The notes under the pieces: generated by a model
What the model was told of the DNA's origin: nothing
The model's database searches: none
Seen by the model: only the letters and a program-made list of their open reading frames with translations
DNA from: Callorhinchus milii
Lineage: Eukaryota
Direction: 5' to 3'
Assembly: GCF_018977255.1 (NCBI RefSeq)
Contig: NW_024704742.1
Coordinates: 91,018,001-91,082,000 of the forward strand
DNA length: 64,000 nucleotides
Shown: positions 24,771 through 37,600 of the stretch, in pieces
How the letters are laid out: every line of letters starts with the position of its first letter
How positions within the stretch are numbered: position 1 is the first letter of the stretch
Translations under genes and position numbers: made by a program

Positions 24771-25821
24771 TACAGTATAAGAAAGTCTTTCTTATTGCTG
24801 CATTCTTATTCCTTTCTCAGTGCTGCATTGTTGGATTCTGACAAAGCCACTTAAACCAATTGCATCTTTTAGCTTCCTTCATTTGAACCCCACTCCCCCC
24901 CACCCCACGCACACACACACATCCCACCCACTATAATTTCCTATATGAATTTATCCAAAACTGCTCTGTGAAACAATGTAATGTCAATGACCATTAGTAA
25001 GGATAGACGTACATCTCTGTTACTAAAAATGCAACTGGAGCGTAAAAACTTTGCACACACTTAACTTTCATTGAAAAAAGGTCCTTAGCCTTCACCGGGC
25101 AAAGTTACGCAAACCCACTTGGTGCAGAAGATGAGACCTTTTTCAAAGCCTAGATTTGGCAGCTCTCTGATTTGTCTGGACCATATACCAGTAACTAGCC
25201 TGGAAATGTAACTGGTTCAAGACAAGAAATGCTTTGACAAGAACTTCAACCTTTTTACGGGCAAAGGGAATGGGAAACTCGCCCGTGCATAGGGTCAGGA
25301 TGTAGCAGGTCTCAGGTTGATGTTACACTTGAAAACTTAAACACTGGTCCCCAAATCACTTTGTACTTGTGAGTCGAGTCATTTATATGGTATTCTGGAT
25401 ACCTGTGAGTCAGTTTATAGGCTGTAATTTAATTGAGGAGTTCAGAGGATGTCAGAAACAGAATGAATCAAGCCAAAATGGTTCATGGACAGGAACTTAA
25501 CACTGAGATTAGTTTACAGCCTTTAATGCTTTCTTTATATTGGTGCCAAATCGATACAAAAGAAAGAGAAGAAGGTTCACAATTGAAACAAACGGCACTG
25601 GAGACCGAGCTCGTCTTAGGAGGTGGGTTCACCAGGAATGCAATTCAAACCAGTGCAGTAATAATAATAATAATCCTTGTATTTAATATAGCGCCTTATC
25701 ATGTCGTTCAGACATCTCACAGCGCTTCACAGAATATACCATAAAGTGGATTGACTGTATATTTTGTAGGTGAAACACATATTTGTTTGTTTCAGTTGTG
25801 AACCTTCTCTTTTGTATCGAT

Positions 25822-26824
25822 GTGGAGTCCTGTAGCTCAGTGGTTAGAGCACTCGTTTTGCAAGCGAGATACCTGGGTTCAATTCCCGGCAGGGCGAAAC
25901 CTTAGGCAAGTTTCCTTACTCCACACAGAGCTTAATAATAATCCCTCCAAAACAAAAAAAACAATAATAAATTGGTCATTTTCAATCCACGATTGTTTGT
26001 GGGACACTGCTGTGCGCAATTGACTGGCGCGTTTCGCCCACAAATATACGGTCAATTCACTTTACATTCTATTCTGTGAAGCGCTTTGAGACAACAATTA
26101 CAACAACAAGATTGCATTTATAGAGCGCCTTTCACTCGGGAGGACATCCTGGGGCGCTGGACAGTTGGGTCGGGACCCGAGCAGGGGGGAAATGGTCAGG
26201 GTGAGGGGAGGGAAGGGAGGGAGCGAGGAGGGGGGAAATGGTCAGGATGAGTGGAGGGAAGGGAGGGAGCGAGGAGGGGGTAGAGAGTCGAGAGGGGAGC
26301 TGAAGGCACGGTCAAAGAGAAAGGTCTTGAGACCGGCCTTGAAGGAGGAAAGGGAGGAGGCGGCGAAGGCACTGGGGGATGGAGTTCCAGAGCCTAGGGG
26401 CTGAGAGGCTGAAGGCCCGACCACCGATGGTAGGGCGGTTGGGCCGGGGGATGTGGAGCAGACCGGAGCCAGAGGAACGGAGGGTACGGGCAGGTAAGTA
26501 GGGGGATAGTAGGTCAGAGAGGTAGGAGGGAGCAAGGCCGTGAATGGCCTTGTAGGTGAGGATGAGGATCTTGAATTCGATCCTCTGGGGGATGGGGAGC
26601 CAGGGGAGGCGAGCGAGGGTGGGAGTGATGTGGTCCCGAAGCCTGGTGCGAGACAGTACACGAGCTGCAGAGTTCTGAATGACCTGCAGCTTGTGGAGGG
26701 AGATGCCGGGAAGGCCGGCGAGGAGAGCTGACGTGAGCCAATCAGGAGGGCCTCAGTTTTGCGCACATTGACGCCGAGAACACGTGAAAAGCACTTTACC
26801 AAATGCAAGGATTATTATTTATTA
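25822..26824 (+). mobile_element. tRNA-derived SINE, short form, split by an antisense L2 (SINE parts 25822-26092 and 26770-26824)
   Basis: Same head and body as the 7418 copy; the tail resumes after the L2 with ...cacgtgaaaagcactttaccaaatgcaaggattatt. Confidence 0.88.
26093..26771 (-). mobile_element. L2 3' fragment with an internal deletion and a ~47-bp tandem duplication in its 3' UTR
   Basis: Minus-strand NVRKTEALLIGS and FKAGLKTFLFDRAF; close to the inner copy at 11305-11770. Confidence 0.9.
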
Positions 26825-29013
26825 TATGCACTCTTCCCCCAACCCCCTTTCCCAGTGAAAACCCTGGAACAGCAGACAAGTGGAAGACCCCAGTCCCAGC
26901 CCGTACGCATGTTGGCTTGGATGTAGTGTGTTGTATTTCTTAGATTTCTATTTCCTTTTCAAAGTCCTCTTGCCGCACACATCCCTCAGCCAAAGCAGGG
27001 CTAGAGAGCCATACCCAGGTCCTCTGTCCTTATGATTCTGTATCAGACGATGAGGAGGTGCTCAAGAGCAGGCTAGGCTGGGACGCTACCCTGCCTGAGG
27101 GACGCTATATAAATGCAAGTTGCTGTTCTTTTGGGATGATCAGGGCTTCCTGTGGGAAGCATTTATTTTATCTTTTATTTTATTGACCAGGGAACAATCA
27201 GCCCATTTTGGTCGGAGAGAAAGCATATCAACTTGAGGAAAGAAAGAGGAACATAAACCCACCTCATGTAGTTTCCAATGATAACAGTACAGCATATAGC
27301 AGTGTGATCTGTATCTTGTACACCGATTCTCTGCGACTATAAGAACACAACAGGGTTTCTTTCTGGATGGTAGCTTCTTGCTCCCATTGCTTTTAAGTGA
27401 ATGTTATTCCTGAGTCAGCCTTGTTGGTGGTAGAATTGCAGATACGTTGGATGCAGTCGGCCTTTTAAAACTTACTAGACATTTTTTTTCAAGTTGTAAC
27501 AGCAGGGGAGTAATAATAATAATAATAATAACAATTGTTGCACTTGATATAGCACCTTTCACATTGGGAGGACACCTCAAAGTGCTTCACAGGATTCACT
27601 GTGAAGTGGAGTGGCTGTGTATTTGCGGGCGAATCTGGCTGCACAATTGCACCAAAACTAGAGGAGCAGTCCTGCCATAGTGACACCATCTTAAACATGG
27701 GCACATTGAGCTGAGTGTGTAACTTCAAACCCGACTCCACAGGGTCAGACAAGGCAGACACTGGAACCGGCTGAATTAGAGGAACAACATTTTATAAAGT
27801 GCAAAATTATTTTGTTCAAGTAACTGAAAGGGGTTTTCTCCTCCACAGCCCTTTCATGTGCTGGCATCATTCTCCAGACAAGTGGTGGCACAGAACTGCA
27901 AGCCATGAGCTCACAGCTCATGGCTGACATCCCAGAGCAGTTCTGAGTAACATTGCATTACAGAAGGTGCCGCCTTTCAGATGAGATGTTACCTGCTTGC
28001 CCAACTGCCTGTTCAGTTGGACATTAAAAGATCATGTAATTCTATTTGGAAAGATAAATATGGATGGAGCATTATATAAAACGCTGAAGCTACAAAGCCC
28101 CTTATATTGGAGCATGCATGGATCAGAATATGTTTGAATGTAATATATCTGCTTCTCCCACTGGAAACACAGAGAAAGTAGAGCAGGAGCTTTCTTGGTC
28201 GACGTGAATTGATTCCAGGTTGTCACCGCTTTCTCGTTCTAGCCTGTTTGTTTCTGCCACAACTGATCTCCATCAAGCACCACAGGAAACTCTCCTCTCT
28301 CAACTGCACTGCCGGTGATTACCGTAAAACACTTTTATCATCTAATACTAATCAGTTGCAAATGCAAAGCGCCTCTCACTGCACTTCGCAGAGACCCAGT
28401 CTCGCTATCACCTCACCTTTTGTGTTCTTCCCCCTTCCTCCCTCTTTTGCCTTTCCAAGTAGTGCAATAAGAATGTGAAGCAGTCTGCAGGATCCTGCTT
28501 GCTGGTGCCTGGCTTCGTACTTCATCATGCTGTTGCTTTGGTTTGTTGCATGAGGCAGCTCTCAAGTTTATTAATCAAGAAGCCCCCAGCCTGCCTGCAC
28601 GTGGTGCTCACCCGCTGCACCAATGGCTTCTTCTTGCTGGGAAGCAGCTTTGTGGCATTTTAATGCACAATAATAATATTAATAATTCTTGCATTTGTTA
28701 TAGGGCCTTCATGCCAGATGTCGTCTCGAATAAGCTGTAGACCAGAGCTGGAAAAGCAGAGGGGATGGGAGGAGAACAGGTGATAGGAAAGGACAAAGAA
28801 AGGTGGGAAAGATTGTGAAAAGATTTGCAGGTCAAGTCAGTCTGCTGGGGTATTAGGAGTGAGTGGAGCCTGGCGAGAATGGGCATGAGGAGGCTGGACC
28901 AGAAGAGAATAAAGGCTCCAAAGTTTTAGATAAGTTGCATTTGTTACATCAGGTCAACTGTTTACCTAGGAGTCAGTAGGAACATGGTTGTTAGTCAATT
29001 ATTTTCAGAGGTT

Positions 29014-29188
29014 ATAATCCCTCAAAAAAAATTTTACTCAATCCACAACTCTTTGTGGGACACTGCTGTGTGCAATTGGCTGCCCCATTTTGCCCACAAA
29101 ATATACAGTTACTACACTTTGCAATATATTCTGTGAAGCACTCTAAGACGTCTCAACCAAATGCAAGGATTATTATTGTTATTATTAA
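29014..29188 (+). mobile_element. SINE 3' half (other fragments: 17755-17920 +, 27510-27650 -, 31765-31870 +, 44447-44520 +, 52050-52200 -, 57850-57930 -)
   Basis: tttgtgggacactgctgtgtgcaattggctgcc...aaatgcaaggattattatt. Confidence 0.8.
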
Positions 29189-29684
29189 CTGCCTCGTGAT
29201 ATAAACGCAGCAATCGTTCATTTGCACTTACTGGCAGATTTGTAGCCTTTTTAGCAGTTAAGTTGTTTTGAGTGGAATTAATAATAATAATGATAATCCT
29301 CGATTTGATATAGCAGCTAATTTAATTTGAGATGCCAGATAATCCTGATAAAATAAAAACATGACATGCATTTTAGGAAATTTCTTCCAATTAAATAATC
29401 CCAACACAAAGAATCCTCAATCAAAGACATCTAAATCTGCTCATCTTTTAAAGTTAGTTCTTTTCCAACTTACTTATTAAATTAATTCAGGAAGCAGTTT
29501 TCCAATTACATGCTGCAGTTTGCCACATTTGCTGCATGCTATGTGAAGAACCAGCTGTTACCAGTACATTCAGTGAAAGATCTGCAAATTCTGGAGTGAA
29601 ATTAGTAAATTAAGAAACACCTAATTTTAACACAAAACTACCTTTAATTGAAGGCCACTGTATGTGAATCAGGCCATCAAAATA

Positions 29685-29925
29685 ATACTAATCCTTAGAA
29701 TCCTTGCATTTGTTATAGCGCCTTATAATGTTATCGAGACATCTCAAAAATGCTTCATGTGATATACTGTAAGGTTGTGTGACTGTGTTTATTTTGTGGG
29801 TTAACGTGGCAGTTAATTTGTGTACAGCAATATTCCTAAGCACTATCTTATAAAATGAATGACCGATTTTATTTGGGCGGTGAGATTGTTTGACCAGGAC
29901 AATGGGATAAATTCCCTTCCCTTAT
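29685..29925 (-). mobile_element. SINE 3' half (Deu type)
   Basis: Reverse-complement tail through gaccaggacaatggg. Confidence 0.65.
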
Positions 29926-31379
29926 AAAACAAATGACAATTTTTTTTTGTCTCTTTGTAAACTATGATAACAACTTACACAAAGAGTTGTCACAAGCTCT
30001 CCTCACACTGCATGAGTGACTCTAGCATTGTAGCTTGACAAGACATGTGGCCACCAATGAGCCACAAACTCTCTTGGTCCTCTCTGTTTTCCCCGATAAC
30101 GCACTATTGTATTACATTGATGATCTTCTCATGATCTTTAACCTGCAATAATAACAATAATCCTTACATTTGGCATAGCGTTCTTCATACCTGAGGATGT
30201 CTCAAAGCACTTCATAGGATATATTGTGAAGTCCAGTGACTGCGTGTTTTGTGGCTGAGTGAGTAGCATAGACACAGGTAGGACCCCCGCCTGAAGCATT
30301 TTTAATTTGCGCAATTAATTTCTGATACTTCTGGTTAGTGGAAGGAAACCCCACTTAAATTCCTCAATTGAGGATTTACATTAGAAATCTCTGTATTTTG
30401 GACCCCAAGTGTCTGGATTCAAGCTTGTAACATGCTTGAATGGGTTCAGGTAACATTAAAAGTGCAGAGAGTTGATTTTTGAGTAATTTCATGAATATAA
30501 TACAGATGTATTACTATGTGAAAGCACTCTTCATTATGTATTATTCTTTATGACTGATACAGAGGTACTCATCATTTCTCCCAAATTGGTAGCAGAATCC
30601 AATGATAAATTTTCCAATAACATAGATTACATTAGTGCGCTATTGTACTACCTAATTCTGGCTGCAGTACCAAGAAGTCTCAAATGCGTTGTAAATTCCT
30701 ATTGGTGCAGGCAGTCTGTAGCTCATTTGTAGTTATATACATTAAAGGTTGGGATGTGGGGTTGCTATTTTGCTGGTATCGTTGGTACACGGAACTCATT
30801 GCTGCCGTTTGCTCCGAGGAGTTGTTATAATTTCTTGTCGACAGTGGAGGACACTTTGCAGTGAAGAATCAGTACTTTGTTATCTTCGGCTCTTGGCTTT
30901 AGAGTAGCGACCGTGGGTGATGAGAAAAGCTTTCCTCTCTCTGACTATTATGTCCGTCCATAGAACAACCTCTCTAAAAGCAAACCTAATCTTTTGAGAT
31001 ACCCTCCCAATTTTCCTTGCAGCAAGTGTGTGATTTTAATCATGCATAACACCCATGAGGATAAACTGTTTTCAGATCACGAGTGGTTCCTGCAGGAGAT
31101 GGGTTATGAAGGCTCTTTCACGAAATAAGTAACAAGAGAATTGTTTAATTTATGAGGCAATAGCTGCTCCCGCTGTCCTGAACCCTACAGAACAGTTCTG
31201 GAACCCCATCAACATGATTACAGCAACTTGCATTCGTAAAGTGCCTTTCACATAAAAATCTTGAAGCGCTTTACACGATGTAATTGATAAGAAATGAAGT
31301 GAAAGGTACAAGGGCAAATGTAGCAGTTAATCTGTAGCTGCAGCATTGCACAAACAATGAGATGAGCAGCCATTATTAT

Positions 31380-31640
31380 TATTAATAATAATAATTCTGA
31401 TATCTTGTATACAGACTTTCACGTTGGGAGGACAGCATAAAGTGCTTCACTATAAAGTGTTTTGTGGATGAACGTGGCAGCCAACTGCACACAACCAGTG
31501 AACGAGCAGTCTTATTTGGGGGATTTTTGGCCAGGACATGAGAGTAACACCCTTCTGTTTTTGAAGAGTGCCATGGGATTATTAATGTCCACCTGAACAG
31601 GTAAACGGGATCTCTGTTTATCATTTCAGTGAAGGACTTA
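31380..31640 (-). mobile_element. Deu-domain SINE
   Basis: ggccaggacatgagag...gtgccatgggattattaatgtccacctgaacagg. Confidence 0.7.
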
Positions 31641-34600
31641 CAAAGAATTAGATTGAAATTGGGGATAAATTTGGATTCAGAGGGGAATATGAGGCAGGGT
31701 AACATAATACATAAATATATTGATATGAAATATATATTTAAATCTATAAATTTGCCTCTATTGCACAGTCATTACACTTTACAGTAAATCCTGTGAAGTG
31801 CTCTGAGACATCTCAACAATGTGATAAGGCTCTGTACTAAATGCAAGGATAATCTTAATTATTATTATAATATGTTGTGGCAGTGAAATTTAAAGGAATC
31901 ACACGCTGGGATGTAAAATGCAGAGTCCCTAAAAGACTGGAAGCCTGATTTGAAACATTGAGTCCTGTTAGTAACCAGATGTGTGTCACTTCGACCCACG
32001 GGAACTGCACTCCAATGCTTCATAGCGTAACGACATCTGGCTACAGTGAGGATTCTATATTTATGAACATTTTGCAGGTCCTGTTACAAATACTGCATTT
32101 TTAGACCCCGGTGTCATTTCTACTGATCACAAAGAACACAGGCCTGACCTTCATGTTATCCAAACACACACCACAAAAAAAATTATCCCTGATCTATTTC
32201 TTGTTTCGACAGAAAATTTACCATCTATACTTAGATATTTTTTGCCGTTTACCTCGCACCTTCATTCACACATTACAATGGGTTTGGTAAACAAATGTCT
32301 CTTACCAAATTGAGAGAAGTGCGAGAATGATTAACGCTCCAGAGGTAGGCACATTAGTACATCCCTTCCTCTGCAAACTTTTCCACACACCTCAAGAGAC
32401 CTGCCCCCCTCCTCCACCCCTTTCCTCTGACAAGAGGAGACTGTCAATTTTGTTTGCTGCCACATTACAGGCCTTGAGGGGATGCCTGACTGCGATGAAG
32501 GGAATGGTGTAGGCAGAGTAATTCACTGCGAATTGAGAAAAGAAGTCTAATTCTGATAAATGGTCGACCCCAATACATCCTACCTGTTATTATAACAGAC
32601 ATGCGGTATCTGCACAGTAAATTAGTTAAACCCCATAAGAGTTTTAGCAGTAGCTTATCTTCAAGTGAATAATTTGAGCGTAGAGGGAGTTGCACGCGTG
32701 ACCAGTGTGAGCGATTCTTTTCACATTAAAGCAGCTTTAATTGACTGTTATTTTCCTCCTTAATTTATAGTAACAAGTATTTTTCTTTAGCTGGAAAGAA
32801 AGGGATTCTGCCTTCCAGCCATTTCTGTTTTGATTGCTTTATCAGTACAAAATATGCCTCTTGGACAGAATGAATAAACATATATAAATAAATCCAGTAT
32901 TGGTTACCGTTGAGTGACTTTCAATGCAAGAAAATAATTTTAGCACATGCGTTGACCATGTAATTCCAGTACCGTAATATACAATAATATTCTGTATATA
33001 ATACATACTTAGGAACGTGGAAATGAGTCAGACCACAAAATACATTTATAATTCACATGGCTACTCCCAAAGTATTTTCCTTAAATGATCCCACACTGCA
33101 CTATTCCTACATTTCACCATCTTTAATATTCCTCATCTCCCATACATTACATGCTGACTGTGTAATCTCTATGTAATATAGAGACCAGTAATCCTTGTAA
33201 AATATACTGTCCCTTGTAATTGCTTTATAACATACTGTGCAGGTCCTATATAATATATAATGACTGTTAACCTGGAAATGATGTATTGCAACTGTATAAT
33301 CCTTCAAAGGAAGCAACCATATTTAAGCGAGCAGAACTGCTTTAAAGAGAGTAGTGTAATTTCTTCCTAGATTTTTCTTTCTTTTACTTTACAAATCCTT
33401 CAATTATCCACAGCCACTCTTTGTCCTGGTGCTCTGTGCCCTGAATCCTGTGGCTGAGGTGTAGATATGTGACCTCCAAACCTGCTGGTCTTCAGTTAGC
33501 TACTGATGCCAGCCCATTAGTGGCTGCCCCCTATCCCAGTGTTTGAGTCTCTCCCCGGCTCTCGCTCAGTGAGCTCTCGTGCCAGCTTTGTATCAAGCAC
33601 TTGGTGAAATGGGTGCTCAGATCTGCACTGTGCGACACTCAACAGTACTGTATCAAGACTCTGTGACCACTCTCCCTTTCGGCAGCCTTTCTTGTACTAT
33701 ACCCCCATTGAAGTACATTATATTTACAGTGACCTAAGCCAGGCTTATAGAGAGGTTCTGCATGATATATACAGCATAAGGGCATGATACAGAAAGTGAT
33801 TTGCAATGAGTGTGTAGTGTAGGAAAAGACAGCAGGATAAATAAGCAGTGAGAAATTTGAGATTTAGTTTAGAGTACTTGTTAAAGGCCATCATATGCCC
33901 ATGTGGAGGGAAGTGTAGCATAGTCTTGATTTTCCCAGAAGGAAGATAAGGGGGAGTGGGGGAAGCCAGGTCATTTAGGGTAATAGATTTGAACAGTCTA
34001 ATTTGTAAAATCTGTCAGATAAAGGAGAATTTCAAGTACATTAATTGTTTTCTTACTGTTATCAACATTTTACAAAAGTCACTTGATACAGTAAATACAA
34101 CATCAGCCTCAGAAATCTTAATAATAATAATTATTATTATTATATTATTATCATATCTTCAAGTCCAAGAGGATTCCTCTTCTCCAGGATTTCTGCATCG
34201 CAGGTTGAGGAATGGCCTCTGCCCACAGGCTGATTAATTGCGCACACCCTTGCTCTTTCCTACATAATGGTTTCTTTGAAATGGTTTCTTCTGGTACATT
34301 GAATTAGAAACTGTTGCAGCAAGGATTGAGGAGGAGTGTGTGTGCATTATATCCAGAATTGTCTTAACAGTGACAATCATTAGGAAATGACGCAAGATGA
34401 GAACTCGAAGCTCTGAAAGCCCAGGTGAGGCAAGAGAAGTCAGAATATACTCCAGTGTCTTGACACGATCTCCAATTAATGATGGCTGATACCATGTTTT
34501 AATATGTCAGGATATCACGTTTCTCACAAAACAACAACTTGCATTTATATAGCGCCCCACAGCTAGGAGCGCTTAACAAGTGGACCTGTTAGAAATGTCA

Positions 34601-37600
34601 ATCTTGAAATATTTCTTCCAGTGAAATTTGATTATTTCCAGAACTAATAGTGACCTTGTAAACATGGCAGTAGCATCTGGTAACCAAGGTTTAAAATAAA
34701 GACAGTATGTTTTCGTTTATTTAGAGAATGTTCTGAATTAGCAAATGTTCCACAGCTCCATGCATTCGCTAATTCCACTTGATGATAATCAGCATTAGAA
34801 ATGTCTCAGGAAATGGATTCTTGCAGCTGTTGCATGATAGAAAACATACAGAGTTGGAAAACTGGGAAAGGCATTCTGTACTCTGAAGGTCACAAATTAA
34901 AACCAGGCTGGAGATCGAGTCTACTCCATTTCACTGTATGGACTTTTTAGAAGCCAAAATGGCTACAGTCATTCTGCAGAAGCTGGTTTCTATCAAGTGT
35001 TTAATAAAAAAGGTATTTTCATTTATATGGATTGTTTTCTACTCCATGCATGGTCACACGTAATCAGTGGATTGCTGTAGCACCCGCTAGCCTCAACTTT
35101 TACTAATGCTTATGCTTCTTCACTGTTTTCAGAAGCTGTAATATGTTACACTTTGCATTTCAGTATTGCATGACCCAGGTTTGCAAAGCTCAACTTGGTC
35201 CAGCAGATGAATTTATCTCCTCGACATTGAACACCAGCTTGGCCTGGTCCAACCTGACTGCACACATGAACTATTGTGTTCTTCAGTGCTGATGTTTCAT
35301 TCCGTGTGTGTTAAGCACATCATTGGAGATGATTCACCACTGGTAAATTTATGAAGTGTGGTGGTGTGAGTTTATAACTGGCTATCAATGTTTCATTGAT
35401 GCTAATGGCAGTGCTTTCTTTAGGACAGTCTTCGGTGGGGTGACTTATGTACAGCAAGACTTCAGGAAGCACCGATGAGCCCAAGCCAGTCTGATTCAGC
35501 CCAACCGGCTGGTCTATCTCAGTGGTATAATGTTATGATCCTCATAGTGAAAAGGTGACATCGTTGACCTGTCCTTTTGCAATGCTCTACTTTGTACCCA
35601 TCAGCCAAACCCTTTTTGTTTTACAAATTAGATTGTGGTCATCAACATGAGTAATGTCATTTTTAGGAATAGAAGATTTTGCACCCTGAATCAGCATTAA
35701 CGACTCCCAATATCTCCAACATGGTCAGATGCAAAGCACAGCTGTATATACTGTGCTGCAAGTACATGCTTGGAACACAGCCTCAGAAACATTTTGGATG
35801 GCTGATTCAGTTAGACTATCAAAAGTTAGTTACCGTTCAAAATCCTCAACCTAAATGCCACCTCTGGGGGAGAAGGGAAGAGGAGGAAGAATAAGATAAG
35901 TTTTCTCGGATAAACGTTGAATGCTTTAAAGCAAGTGACAGGGGACTTACACTTTGCGGTAATTGTTGATCCCAAGCACCTCCTTTGGTTTTTGGCCTGC
36001 CCATCACTGGGTATTGGTTCAATTGTATCAGATGCTGCTTTCCACTTGCTAATCAGAGTGAATCCACATGACAAAAAGTTGACGTACACTGGCACTGAAT
36101 TGGCAGGGTTCAGTTGATGTCCGTGTCTGAAGGAAAGTAGCATAGTGCTGATGTTACAAATGCAGATCAGGGAAGGTGGTGGGGACACAGTTCTCTTGTT
36201 TGCTAAGAATCTTGACAGGGTGGTCTAATATGCAGGAATTTGTGAAAGGATTCATGAATATTAGCATACTCTATAAATATCTCACACCAATCTGACCAAA
36301 CTCTGCTTGGACTGGAATTTCATTTCCACAGGAGGCTCCCAGCAGGAAATTGGCTGAGATCCATGCCCAAGTGGAATTCAAGTGAGATGACACGAGACAG
36401 ATCTGGGAATAGCTGCATTCTGAAAGCCTTTACAAATCCCCATATATTTGAACACCAGTATTGAGTGATCTTTTCTGCAGTCTCCTTGATGTTGGATTGC
36501 AATGGGTTGAAACTCCAATTGGCGTTGCATGTAGTGCCTTGATGAACGATTACAGTGGGGAACATCCGATTAGATAACGGCTGACAATGTGTAATGTCAA
36601 CCTGAATTTCAGCTCGTAAACATTAAAACAAAAACGTAAACGGGATGGGGTTTATTGCAGCAACTGAAAGAGGAGCTCAGTTTTATTAGCTGTAATTCAG
36701 CTGTCGCACCCAAATTAAAGGCAATAATAATAATCCTTGCGTTTGATATAGGACCGTATCGCGTGTTCGAGATGTCTCAAAGCGCTTCACGGCATATACT
36801 GTAAAGTTAATTGACTATATATTTTGTGGGCAAACAAAATTATTTGAGTATTTGCTTCACAAATATTTTACAACCGGGTTTCCACTGGATGGGCATCCTT
36901 CCAAATCGGAATTGGCCTCATGGTTTTGTCAAACTGAGGGAGGGATCTGTGGGCGTTTCAGTATTCCTTGTTTTCTGTTGTGATGTTGTGTGATAACATG
37001 TTAACAATGTCCTCCCCTCATCAGGTGTAAGGCTTCCGATGGTGACGACACTATATAAGTTGTTTCTTCACTCATCTCCCGGTTTGTTGTGTGACTGAAC
37101 GTTATTGAGCAGCTTTACTAATTTTTTCTTTCTTTTTTTTTATAATCCCATTTCTCAGGCACCTCATACACAGAATACCGCACAGGTATAACCATTTACT
37201 AATCTTACAAAGTAGTAGTAGTTTATCGTGAAATGACAGATGATGGTCAAATGCCCGCATACACATTATTGGTAAAGTACAGAGCTAAGTTAAAATCCTA
37301 CATCGAACACTTATAGCTTTCAGTGGCATGAATTCTTAATGAGGTACAAGTGCTACCTAACAAATGGAGAGAATTATCTTCAAAGCGATATGCGGCTGTC
37401 TGATGTTAAAATAATGTTCACCTTTAGAAATGCTAATCCAATGTGTAAAATGCAGCTTATCTGTGATATCAAGAGGTTTGGAGACTGTGCTGAGGGAGCA
37501 CTGATGTTCCACTGATTTGAAGGAAAGTCTATTATCGACACCAGTTTATTGAAGATTCCCGTATTTTCAGAGGCCAGCCCTTCCCAGTTCTGATGCATGT

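Noticed and set aside
25071..25146. Inverted repeat TTGAAAAAAGGTC / GACCTTTTTCAA as a miRNA hairpin
   Set aside because: Only ~12 bp of A/T-rich stem with a ~50-nt unpaired loop.
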